Assembly: GCF_001194135.2 (NCBI RefSeq)
Contig: NC_069002.1
Location: 8,809,441 to 8,873,440, forward strand
Reading direction: 5' to 3'
DNA from: Octopus bimaculoides
Lineage: Eukaryota
Length of the DNA: 64,000 nt
Made by a program: the position numbers and the translations under genes. Of the stretch, positions 13,279 through 24,792 are shown in pieces. Numbering within the stretch: the first letter of the stretch is position 1; each line of letters opens with the position of its first letter. Under the pieces are notes generated by a model. The model was not told the origin of the DNA and did no database searches. It saw nothing but the letters and a program-made list of their open reading frames with translations.

Positions 13279-14296
13279 TATTTGTTCGTGCAAGATTATA
13301 TGACAATAATGGTTTAGCCCATTATAAAGCAGATTGTTATTGCAATAATGGTTTAGTCCAAACTAGTATTTTACATTAGCTTGTATCAATGATAAAATCA
13401 ATTTATAATTTAAATATCACTGATCTTCCAATAATAAAATCAAATTTTGTTATCCGGTGCAGCGAACAATTTGCAATATCAGTACATTTGTTATACATAT
13501 TGACGATACCATAAATTGGTGTTATATTTTCTATATTTAATAATTTATGAAATTTTGATTTAAAAATACAGAAAAGATCAGATCAGATTTATTCAGAGGA
13601 AATCAATCAGCAACATTGATTATAGGTGATTCCTATAGACATTCTTTGTATCTAATGAAATATTGAATGCAATTGGCTCATTCAATCATGCCTTCAATTC
13701 CATATTTGCTGTAATATCGATAAATGAAGGAACATTGTGTGTTTGGGGTGGAGTATGTCACGAAACAGGACCTTAAAATGTATTAACACTTTACTTTCAG
13801 AACCCATTTTGCGCCATATCTTCTTTTGTACCAGCAGTTTAATCATGTTATAAATTAAGCATTTTATTTCCATTTCTTATTTTTTAACCATATTTTTAAA
13901 AATGAACTGGCACCCTGTCGTTTAGGATGACAAAATTTACTAACAGAAGTAACTTCATAAATTTCACTTCAATCCGCACACCTCGTTAAATTCGTCTACA
14001 AATTTCTTATTTACTTTTGCGACGTTTCGTGTTGTTTTGCTGTTGACGGAATAACTGGGGTTTTTTTTTTTTTTTGGTTACAAAATAAGCTACACAAAAC
14101 GTGTTTTTAAATTACGTGTATTTACCGTATATACATATATAAGTTGAAAACTTTCTTTTAACATTTCACGTAACGTCTATGTTCCACGCTGTCATGAGTT
14201 GGAGAGTTATTAGTGGAGAAACTTGGTATCTCAACTACTAGCAATTGAGACTTGCGTAATCTAGACAGCAATTTTACATTTCATTATTCTCTTTAA

Positions 14297-14321
14297 TCCG
14301 GGCAACGCCGAGTATTTCTGC

Positions 14322-14324
<3 letters not shown>
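14297..14324 (+). mobile_element. Helitron-like 3' terminus
   Basis: GC hairpin tccgggcaacgccgag, then tatttctgCTAT and T; resembles the CCGGGCAACGCCGGG...CTAG|T ends of non-autonomous Helitrons; 5' end not located. Confidence 0.5.
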
Positions 14325-14369
<45 letters not shown>

Positions 14370-14370
14370 A

Positions 14371-14495
14371 TATCACGTTATCACATGATCGACCAAACTC
14401 TCGAATGTTGTTATACACCGCTGATCACAATGCACTTCGCATTGTTTTAGCTTTCGAATGATATCACCCTGCTGATTTCGCAGGTAGTCCAATGT
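14371..14495 (-). mobile_element. SINE 3' tail type F (orphan)
   Basis: Reverse complement gctaaaacaatgcgaagtgcattgtgatcagc...gatcatgtgat matches the tail of 45942-46193. Confidence 0.75.
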
Positions 14496-14874
14496 AAATA
14501 AGCGTATATGTATGTATGTATGTACGTACGTACGTATGTATGTATTTTAGCGTTTATAAATTTCTTTTTATTACACCTTAATGCTTTTTAAATGATATAA
14601 GAATAAATATTCAACCGTAAATATATATTTACATTACTTAAACTGAACGTTTTTGTGTAGATGTATACAAAAGATGCGAGTGAATTAAAAGTTCGTTTTA
14701 TTTTTATAGGTCTATATCGTTTATATCACTGTCCAAACACACACATACATACACACACACACTCACACATGTACATGCACACACACACGGTTATATATAT
14801 TTGTATACGTGTATGTGTGCATATGTATACATATGTGCGAGTGCGTCTTGCCGAAGTCGGGGTTTCTGTCTATC

Positions 14875-15051
14875 GAAGCTTAAATTGTTGATCAAAGACA
14901 TTAATAGCAGTGTCAGATAAATATGCAAATTTATGTAAATATTATTGGCGACGAATCAAATATTAATTAAGCGGAGTCTTGAAAATTTATGAAATATAAT
15001 AGAGATTGAAAAGTTTAATATAGAAATTTTATTTAATTCTGGAAGAGAAAT
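14875..15051 (+). repeat. Unclassified dispersed repeat, copy 1 (inverted copy at 41702-41926)
   Basis: gaagcttaaa..tgatcaaagacattaata...cagataaatatgcaaattt.atgtaaatattattggc shared, plus aatt(c/t)tggaagagaaat. Confidence 0.7.
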
Positions 15052-15153
15052 ATGGCTGAAGGTAGATATAATAATTTTGTTATCTTCCTCATTAGATATG
15101 AGACTGCACTTTGTCAGTGTCATAGTGCGAGATATATTATATCTTTTTTATAA

Positions 15154-15479
15154 GTGAAGGTGAGTGGCTTAGTCATTAGGGGCATTCGGCTCTCGATCGT
15201 TAGGTCATGAGTTCGTTTCTCGCCGGCGCTTTGTGTCTTTTGAGCAAGACACTTTATTTCACGTTGTTCCAGTCCATTCAGCTAGCAAAAATGAATAGCA
15301 ATTGTAATTCAGAGGGCCAGCCATGACACATTCTGTTTAATGCTGAATCTCCCTGAGAACTACGTTAAGGATACACGTGTCCGTGGAGTACACAGCCACT
15401 TGTACATTAATTTCATGATCAGGCTGTTCCGTTGATCAAATCTACTGAAACACTCTTCATCGTAACCGACAGTGTACCA
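15154..15479 (+). mobile_element. CORE-type SINE carrying the group A 3' tail
   Basis: Head gtgaaggtgagtggcttagt...gagttcgtttctc, CORE ttgagcaagacactttatttcacgttgttccagtcc, tail gagaactacgttaagg...ctgttccgttgatc. Confidence 0.85.
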
Positions 15480-15756
15480 ATTATCTTTTATCCTTTACAT
15501 CTTATTTGTTTCGATCACTGGACTGCGGCCATGCTGGGGCATAGCTCTGAGTCAAAGTTGACTTCACAATGTTAAGAACTCAGAGCGAATAAAACCGGAA
15601 CGATTATTGCAAAGCAATCCATCGACCGCTCTGGTGCCTCCACCAATTGCTCATCTATTTGTCAGTTAAACGTTGCATTGTTCCTATCTTTTAATCTTTT
15701 ATTTTTACTTGGTTAAGTGATGGACCTATGAAATATTGAAGTCCTAGATATATATC

Positions 15757-16083
15757 GTGAAGGCGCACGGCTCAGTGGGCTCGCAGTCATGAGGTTGTGA
15801 GTTCGATTCTCGGACCAGGATGCATGTTGTGTACTTGAGCAAGACACTTTATTTCACGTTGCTCCAGTTCACTCAGCTGTAGAAATGAGTTGTGACTTCA
15901 CTGGTGCCAAGCTGTATCAACCTTTGTCTTTCCCTTGGATAACATCGGTGGCATGGAGAGGGGGGCTGGCATGCATGGGCGACTGTTGGTCTTCCATAAG
16001 AAACGTTGCCCGGACTTGTGTCTGGGAGGAGAACATTCTACGTGCAATCCCATGGTCATTCCTGACCGAAGGGGGTCTTTACC
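15757..16083 (+). mobile_element. CORE-type SINE with tail E
   Basis: CORE cttgagcaagacactttatttcacgttgctccagttcactcagctg; tail cccttggataacatc...catgggcgactg...cccatggtcattcctgaccgaaggg, also at 62956-63130. Confidence 0.85.
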
Positions 16084-16146
16084 TCTTTGCCCTTTTAAAT
16101 ATACTACTAAACCAAATATGGCCTGAATTTAAAACTTTATCTGTCC

Positions 16147-16813
16147 AACTCAGCTGAATAAAAATAATAATATCATGAATATAGCTTGGAGAGGAATGTG
16201 TCCAACGAAACGTAACTTTAATCCGGATACACTTTGTGTAGACTAAACTTCCCATTTTGAAAGTCTGGTTCTATAGAATGCGAGATAACCATTTCATTCA
16301 ATTGTCAGATTAGAAACTAAAACTTGGAAGTAAATCTCGTAGACGATTTACTGAAACGAATTATCAGTCATTGTCCACTTCACTAATCAACAAACTGACA
16401 AATTCAACAGTTTAGTGGGGAGAGAGAGGGGGGAGAGAGAGGGAGAGAGAGAGAAGTGCTAGAAAGTGAGAGAGGGTCTGAGAGAAATAGAGAGAGAGAG
16501 AGAGAGTGGGGTATTTAATGGATTGTATTGTGAAGATGGCGGAAACTGTATTTGTTTGAGTTTATCGAGAGCCAGCGATTCTTGAAAAAAAAAAAGAGAA
16601 AATAATAAAGAAACAAAACAAAAAAGAAAACCTACAAAAGAAAAATAAACAAACAGAATTTCATATATGAATTGAATTCCGTCTCACGGTCTGCTGCCCT
16701 CTAAATCCGAACTAGTCATGTCTTTGTAGACAGTAAGACAGACTAACAGACAGATAAGTAAATATAGGTCGACATACATAAATAGGTATTTCTATGTATC
16801 TTGTGATGAGTTT
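16147..16813 (+). promoter_or_regulatory. Promoter-like or first-exon-like segment, copy 1 of an inverted duplication
   Basis: (GA)n tract, AAGATGGCGG (YY1-type motif), CA|GTAAGA donor-like site; homologous to 39988-40872 on the minus strand. The duplication is certain; the promoter role is inferred. Confidence 0.45.
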
Positions 16814-16814
16814 T

Positions 16815-16945
16815 GACAGCTGAATCGACTAGGGTAACGAGAAATAAAGTATTCTGCTCAAGAACCTGTAGCATCAAGGAAGCAAATTATCGGAAACCGG
16901 AACCGAAATTGTATCACTGTATTCCATTGCTTGGTATTTACCTCT
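16815..16945 (-). mobile_element. Degenerate CORE-type SINE
   Basis: Minus strand: ggttccggtttcc...gttcttgagcagaatactttatttctcgttaccctagtcgattcagctg. Confidence 0.6.
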
Positions 16946-17245
16946 GGTACTACAGACACCGCCGCAACATGTGTTATCGCATTTAATCAGACTAGAATTA
17001 TTAGATTTAGATATGTTATCATATATAATCAGACTAGAATAGTTTACACTGGTTATAATATTCGATATTGATTTTTTTGTCCTTTAATGTAAGAGATACA
17101 TACACATGTATCTAATATTATATGTATATATTTTATCAATTTTTCTGTACGACTGATAATTCGCTTACCACTCGTGATGGTATTTTAATAATATCATTCT
17201 TATATATATATGAAGTCGTCAATTATGGAACACGTCTGTCACTAC

Positions 17246-17287
17246 ATAAACCTGATGATTGCATAATGCATGAAAGTACTAGTTTAT
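17246..17287 (+). ncRNA. Minimal type I hammerhead ribozyme motif
   Basis: ataaac CTGATGA ttgcataatgcat GAAA gtac TA gtttat: 6-bp stem I, TGCA/TGCA stem II, palindromic GTAC stem III. Confidence 0.7.
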
Positions 17288-18074
17288 TTCAATATTGTAA
17301 TACTGTAAAAATTGCAAATAAAAAAACCTGAAAATCAAAACTTAGAATTTCATAGGTTAATATATTTTTTCATTACACAATCATGCAAACTCGGATATAT
17401 ATATATATANNNNNNNNNNNNNNNNNNNNNNNNNNNNNNNNNNNNNNNNNNNNNNNNNNNNNNNNNNNNNNNNNNNNNNNNNNNNNNNNNNNNNNNNNNN
17501 NNNNNNNNNNNNNNNNNNNNNNNNNNNNNNNNNNNNNNNNNNNNNNNNNNNNNNNNNNNNNNNNNNNNNNNNNNNNNNNNNNNNNNNNNNNNNNNNNNNN
17601 NNNNNNNNNNNNNNNNNNNNNNNNNNNNNNNNNNNNNNNNNNNNNNNNNNNNNNNNNNNNNNNNNNNNNNNNNNNNNNNNNNNNNNNNNNNNNNNNNNNN
17701 NNNNNNNNNNNNNNNNNNNNNNNNNNNNNNNNNNNNNNNNNNNNNNNNNNNNNNNNNNNNNNNNNNNNNNNNNNNNNNNNNNNNNNNNNNNNNNNNNNNN
17801 NNNNNNNNNNNNNNNNNNNNNNNNNNNATATATATATATATACAAAATACATCTCACCTCGGAGGCTAGTCTTTCGTATCAAGGAACAGGAGATAGCTAC
17901 TTAATACTTAGTCGAAAAAAAGCGATAATGATACTTTTAAACCTCCCGATAAGAGAGAAAGTAACGACTTTTGCCTTATCAGAGTGAAAGATATAATTTG
18001 TATCAGAAGGAGATGTCCAAAAATATCTGCAAGATGCCGCCTTCACACCTGACATGCTAAGTTCGTCTGAAAGG

Positions 18075-18501
18075 CGTGTGCATGTGTATGTGTTTACGCG
18101 TGTGCGTATGCATGTGATTGTGCACGTGTGTGTGTTTGTGTATATATGTTTGTGTATGCGAGTTTGAGTATGTGTTTCTGTGAGTATATTGTGTATGTGT
18201 GTGTATGTATGTATGTATGTGAGTACAGGTGTGTGTGTGCATGTGTATGTTTGGATCTGTGTGTGTGTGCGCGTGTGTTTTTGTGTATGCGTCTGTGTTC
18301 GTGCGTGTATGAATGTTCGTGCGCGTTTGTGTTTGTGTGTGTTTTTGTCAGTGAGCGTGTGTGTTTCTGTTAGTGTGTGCATTGTATGTGTGTGCACGTG
18401 TATGTTTGCTTGTGTGTGTGTGTGTGTGCGTGTGTGTGTGTGTGTGCGTGCGTATGCGTGCGTGCGTTGATGTGCGTGTATGCATGTATGTTTGTGCGTC
18501 C

Positions 18502-18550
<49 letters not shown>

Positions 18551-18750
18551 TGTGTTTCTGTGAGTGTATGCATTGCATGTATATGTACACGTGTATGCTT
18601 GCCTGTGTCTGCGCGCGTGTGTGTGTGTTTGTGTATGTGTGCATGTATATTAGTGCGCGTCTGTGTTTATGTGTGTGCGTTTTCTGTGTGTTTGTGCTTG
18701 TGTGTGTGCGCATCAGGGTTTTTTGTGCGTTTGTGCTTGTGTGCACCTGT
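18075..18750. repeat. Long compound (TG/TA/CG) microsatellite-like tract
   Basis: About 670 bp of degenerate dinucleotide repeat. Confidence 0.9.
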
Positions 18751-19050
18751 GTTTATTTTTGTACCCTTCCACCATTTGACAACAGGTGTTTATTCGTTTA
18801 AGTTCCCTGCTGGCTATACCAAAATTCACACCAAAACCAGCTGAAAGTATCAACACCTTTAAAACTAAAGAATAATGGTGGAACATACTTACAAAACCCA
18901 AAACGGGTGTAAGCAAAGAAATAAAAGAGAAACAGATATATAACAGTTAAATGGGACAGGTAACAAAATTTGTGTGCCGTTATGGAGATTAGCTTCCCAG
19001 AAAATGTGAATGACCAAAATACTTAATTTCACGTTACTCTGCAACCTTTT

Positions 19051-19132
19051 CGTTGTTCCTGAGAAAAATGCTTCCATTTCCCGTTGCCCGCGATCACTTC
19101 GACATCTGACTTATGGAATACTGCACACCTGT
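19051..19132 (+). mobile_element. CORE-type SINE remnant, tail G
   Basis: gttgttcctgagaaaaatgcttccatttc...gcgatcacttcgacatctgac. Confidence 0.55.
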
Positions 19133-19204
19133 TTTCTTTTTTTGTTTTTTTTAATGGTTGAAGTAAAAGAAAAAAATGCAAATCTATGAGAAGCTTATGG
19201 GGAG

Positions 19205-19368
19205 CCTATAGTACTCAGTGTACTACTACACGCCTGATATCGAAGTGATTGCAGCTCAGCATGAAATTAAGTATTTTGCTCAAAAACACCATGAATTACC
19301 CAATTCAGGATTTGAACCCACGGTCTCGCGATCGTGGGTGCAACACCTTAATCACTGCACCACGCGCA
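19205..19368 (-). mobile_element. CORE-type SINE, tail G
   Basis: Minus-strand head gcgcgtggtgcagtgattaaggtgttgcac...gggttcaaatcc, ttttgagcaaaatacttaatttc, gcaatcacttcgatatcag. Confidence 0.75.
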
Positions 19369-19734
19369 CACACATAAACAGCAATGAAACATAGACACGT
19401 GTTTCATTGTGACACGCATTCATATTCTATCTTAGATCTATTAAATTCCTTTCTACCGTCACATCTGATCGTGATGGAATATTTATATGGCTTTTACATG
19501 GTTTTCCATCAATCATCAAAGACTCATTGCATATGACTTTTCTAAAGGCCTTTCAAAGTTTATTTATCATTCTTCCTACACTGAATTAAGATAATTCTTA
19601 GGATATTTATGCGCATTTTTTTTTTTTTTAGTATTTCTCCATGTCGTCTCAAACTTTTTCAGCAGTTGCTCGTCAGTCAATTTTGACCAATTTTTTCTTT
19701 ATGTGTGCGTGTTTATGCGCGCGCATGTTTGTGC

Positions 19735-19880
19735 GTGCGGTCGTTTGGTTTTGCTTTCATTACACATGGTAAAAAACACGACTGGCACCTTGAGCAAATG
19801 TCTTTTACTGTAATCTCGGATCGACCAAAGCCGTGTGAGTGTATTTGGTAGACGGAAACTGGAAAAAAACCCGTCGTATA
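19735..19880 (+). mobile_element. SINE group C, 5' half running into (TA)n and a gap
   Basis: ggcaccttgagcaaatgtc...gaccaaagccgtgtgagtgtatttggtagacggaaactg...cccgtcgtatata. Confidence 0.85.
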
Positions 19881-20078
19881 TATATATATNNNNNNNNNNN
19901 NNNNNNNNNNNNNNNNNNNNNNNNNNNNNNNNNNNNNNNNNNNNNNNNNNNNNNNNNNNNNNNNNNNNNNNNNNNNNNNNNNNNNNNNNNNNNNNNNNNN
20001 NNNNNNNNNNNNNNNNNNNNNNNNNNNNNNNNNNNNNNNNNNNNNNNNNNNNNNNNNNNNNNNNNNNNNNNNNNNNNN

Positions 20079-20135
<57 letters not shown>

Positions 20136-20493
20136 GTATATAAACAGACATACATGTATCTATATGTACATACACACACATATTTCTTCTATCTCATGCC
20201 TTCTTTCCATATCCGACAAAGGCATTTCATATCTCTCCTTCACCACCATCACCATCACCACCATCACCATCACCACTGAGCCTGTATATTCATCCGCTCT
20301 CTATCAATTCATTTCTTCTCTCTATCCTACGCTGTTTCTCACTTTCCCTTTTGTCTTTCTTCCGTCTTTCTCTGTTATTCATGTTTTCTTTCTTTCCATT
20401 TGCACTTATGCACTCACTCACAAACGCGCATACATATACACACGCAACTGCACACACATGTAGTATGTGTAGATGTATGTCTATACACACATG

Positions 20494-20538
<45 letters not shown>

Positions 20539-21139
20539 TTGTATACACACATAATTTGTTGCATACACGCACTGACACACGTGTGTGTGTGTGTTCTTAC
20601 GTACACGCTTTAAACACATATAAATCTATATACATATATGTTTACCTGTATGCATATATATATTTACGTATACGCACACATGCTTGTAGACACATGATAT
20701 ATTTTTTTCTAATTTTTCATTTTTTCTTTTTTGAATATTGTTTTCTTTTCCACTAAGCAGAGATGTAGAAACGCGTGCGCCCGGGCATGTGTGTATGCGC
20801 TCGCGTGTTAGCATGTGAGTGCGCGTGCGCATGTGCACGCGCGCGTATAAGCGTGTGTGTGTGTGCGTGTATGTGAATTTGTGTGCGTGTGTGTGTATGA
20901 GTAGTTGGTGTCTTTCACATACCCACCCCACATACACACACACACACACACTCACGCACACACACACGCACACACACGCACATCATAATCTGTAGCATTA
21001 GAATCGGGGAAATTAGTAAGCCAGGAATTAGAGATGATGAAGTCGTAGACATTTTGAAACAGGCATTTCTGACTCGTTCCGGAGGTATGGTAAGGATGAT
21101 ACAGTTCTATATTTAAGAGATGAGGAATATTTAAGGGAT

Positions 21140-22128
21140 GTGGCCGCTCAGATCGCCACCCCTGCTAGCTATGCAAATGACACAAAAGTTTCTCAGACGA
21201 TACAAACTTCTGGAAATATTGCGGATCTACAACGGGAGGCGGACGCAATATACATTTGGGCAGAGGACAACAACATGCAGTTTAATGCAGGAAAATTCCA
21301 GGCCCTAAGTTACTAGCACAGAAAGCTAAACGACATGCAGACAAAATACACTGGCCCGAGAGGAATTGCAATCCCTGAATCAAAAACAGTGCGTGACCTG
21401 GGCATTGACATGAGCAATGATACATCTTTTCAAGTGCATATTACCAATTTGGTAACAAAATGCAGACGGCTGGATGGATAGATCCTCCGAACTTTCAAAA
21501 CGCGAGAAAAGGAGATATTGATGATCCTTTGGGGGACATACGTCCTCAGCCGCTTGGACTACTGCTCCCAGCTATGATCACCACTTCGGAGCTCGAAGCA
21601 ATCCAACGAAGCTACACTAAGAAAATCGTCTCCATGCAACGTATCAGTTATTGGGGAAGACTGAAAGAATTAAAGCTCTTCTCCCGAGAACGAAGGCGGG
21701 GAAGATATGCTGTGATATACATCTGGAAAATCCTAGAAGGCCTTGTATCAAACTTTGGCATTGAAGATTACTCAAACTGCAGAATGCGGCGCCACTGCAT
21801 AGTGCCAAAGATCCCAGCATTACCATCCAAATACAGAACCAGGTACTGTAACAGCTTGGGCTTCAAGGGCCCACAGTCTTTCAATATCCATCCAAAATGC
21901 CTGAGAGACTTGTATGGTGTGGATGTAGGTGTCTTCAAAACAAAACTGGATCCCCCTCCTGTCAAAGGTTCCGGATGAGCCTACCTCAAGGTAGGAAACA
22001 CAGATGAGGGCAGTGGCATCAAACTCCCTCATTGACCAAATGCCATATATCAGAGGAGGTTTCAAATAATGGCGTAGCTCAGTCAACTGTGGTGCCCCAA
22101 CACGACCGCAGCTTTGAACCTGAAACAG
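21140..22128 (+). mobile_element. 5'-truncated CR1/L2-type LINE: ORF2 reverse transcriptase C-terminal half, with stops and frameshifts
   Basis: SYANDTK (YADD motif, 21170-21181), LQREADAIYIWAEDNNMQFNAGKF, VRDLGI, LSRLDYCSQL*SP, LEAIQR, ERRRGRYAVIYIWKI, VPDEP, SNSLIDQ; stop at 22067-22069; 60-bp 3' UTR. Confidence 0.92.
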
Positions 22129-23099
22129 TTTAAAAAATTAACGAATTAAAATATTATTCTATAAACATTTGATATCTTATTTAATATCAGGAACCTATCA
22201 ATGATGATCTCAGTCGCCACAGTCTCAAGATATGATATAATATATGTAAACCCATATAATAGATATATAAACAGGGTTAATTCAGGTGTTTCTCTGTCAA
22301 TTGAAAAATGGTGAACAACCTTCAATCGATCCTCGAAATTTACTAGCTTCGCATCCTGAGGTGTATAGGACGTGACGTTAACCTCTCTGTGCAAAATATT
22401 GTGAAACGAAATCGGAAGACTTGTTAGCATTTTACATCCGTTATCGTACATTTTTGGTGATAGGAATAAACAAACTCGGTTGTTTTGAAATTAAATTCAA
22501 TCAAAAAATATTTAAATTAGATTAAAATGCATTATTCAGATGTTAAGTAATTACTTTTTGAAATTATTAACATAAAAACAAATTATTTTGTATCAAACTT
22601 TGTATAAAATTATTCTAAATGAATTGTTTTGCATTAAAATGAATAAATAACATATCTAACTGGTTTTTAGCTACAATAACTGTGGGTGAGAATATATTCA
22701 GACATTAAATGTGATGTAAATACGAAACTAAAAACATAATGAACATGATTTTTATTCATGAGAGTTGTGCGAAGCCATAAGTCACTGTTTATACAAACTA
22801 ATTGGAACATCTTTTTATTTTAAATTAACAATAAACATACATAAAAGCGTTAGCTTAGAAACATCGAGAAAATGTAATAACATTTTTACCAACGCTACGA
22901 AACTTAAAACGATAGCTTCAAACTGTGCTTGGCCAAAATTAGCTTCTTTGCTGAGAAAGACTTTCGTCGTGGCTATCTCAAAGATCGACACAGTAATTTT
23001 TATTTTGCTTTTTTATAAACGTGAAGAACAAAAATATCATACCCGTAGATAAGAGGCTGAATTTGAAGCATATATATATTACATACATACATACATATG

Positions 23100-24792
23100 T
23101 ATGTATGCATGTGGCACATGCATGCATGTGCCACAAACTTTAAAGATTACAATGAATTCGCAATTTAGTAACCCTCAAAGTCCGACACATTACGTGCCAA
23201 AAAATAGAAATATGAAACTTATTTGTAATATGGATTTTTACTTTTACCTTGAAAAATAATGAAGAAATGCCTGTCCGCTTTGTTTATAACGATTGTTTCG
23301 TTACTGAATGAGCGTAGCCTACAAAATTTTAAAGACATTTTGCTTTAAGACATTCCTTCTAAAGCAGTGAACCTAAAGAATTTTTTGAAAGGCTATCGGA
23401 TTCTTTCAGCAAACAGAAGCATTGTTTTGAGACTAATATTCACACTATAGACATAGCGGAATACTTAAGGGCATCTTTTGAAGCTGCTTATTTTAATTGC
23501 AAGAGATAAAAAAATAAACATATAGCATCGGTGAAGATATTTCAGTGATAAAAATGACAACATTATATGGAGATGAATTATGGAGAGTTCTTTTGTCAAA
23601 TAATAATGTTAGTAGTCATACTTAAAAAAACATAATGACAACCAATTCGAGCAAATTATTGAAAGAAATTGAAGAAAAAAGTAAAAATCGCAATTTAATT
23701 AGAAGAGATGATTGACATTACAAACGCAACACAATTATTGGAATATGTCAGAAATTGTCACGAGAATAGTATCCACAAAAACTTGTTGATCTGTAGGTCG
23801 TTAGATGAAAGTACTTCAGGTGAAATTATTTTTCAAAATTAGATTATTGTTCCCGGGAAGCTGCCCTTGAATGGAATATCTACGTTGGCGTATTTGCTGA
23901 TGGCGTAGCCGCTATGACAGGAAGGAAAATTCAATTTCAATTTCAAGTCAAATATGCAAGCAAAAATCCTATTACTTTCACTCTTTGCATGGCTCATCGA
24001 GAGACGTAAGTGTCGGAGGAAATTTCTGTAGATCTCAATGCAAGGTTACAAGATGCAGTTGAAATTATTAAGTTTATTAAAAGACGTCTTTTCAATAGTT
24101 TCCTCTTCACAAATATCTGTAATGAAATAGAATCCAATTTCAGCGAACTTATTCAGAACAGGAGTGCAGTGGTTCTCAAAAGAACGAGCTTCGAAACGGT
24201 TATTAGAATTTAAAAATTGTTGTAATATTCCTGACGGGACAAAAATTCAGATTTCACAAATAAGATTGGTTATGCAAATTATTTTGTTTGTCGGATGCTT
24301 TTGGAAAACTTAATGAATTTTATGCCTCTAAAAGTAAACAAGAAAAATATTTTCCTACTTAAATTTAAAATTCAAGTTTCCATAAAAAAATAAACATGTG
24401 GAAATAAAAATATTAAAAAAAAACAGAAAAGGAATAAATTGGAAAGGATCTCATATACATTTTTTTTTTTTTTTATATATGAACAGAATTTTGATTTGAT
24501 CAAGCAAATAATAATTGATCGCTTGGAGAATCTAGAAAGCATTACCAGAAATACTTTTCGCCATCATTATTCAATGACCAATCAGACTGGAGCCAAAATC
24601 TAGTCTCAGTTAAAATAGAGCGTGAGAAACAGCTGACACTAAGAGAAATGGGAAGAATATGTAGAAGAACTTTCGAATGATTCAACTCTGAGAAATCTTT
24701 AAACGGTTTTGGTCTTAGTGTTGTTGTTGAAATTAGCATTTGAAACCTTTCTACAATTTGTCAGAAAGTATTTGTGAAAAATAGATCGGAAG
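23100..24792 (+). pseudogene. Decayed hAT DNA transposon (Buster/Charlie, ZBED5/FAM200-like transposase)
   Basis: Frameshifted motifs YL*YGF, EPKEFFERL, YLRASFEAAY, EEMIDITNATQLLEYVR, SGEIIF, FADGVAAMTG (23899), CMAH (CxxH, 23986), QWFSK, DWLCKL, LS.DSTL; right end lost in a gap. Confidence 0.88.

Noticed and set aside
21030-21075. ATGATGA...GAAA string before the LINE
   Set aside because: No C3 and stems I and III do not pair.
22278-22375. Short frame VFLCQLKNGEQPSIDPRNLLASHPEVYRT* after an AG
   Set aside because: Looks protein-like, but the acceptor is weak, it is only 29 codons, and I recognise no homology.
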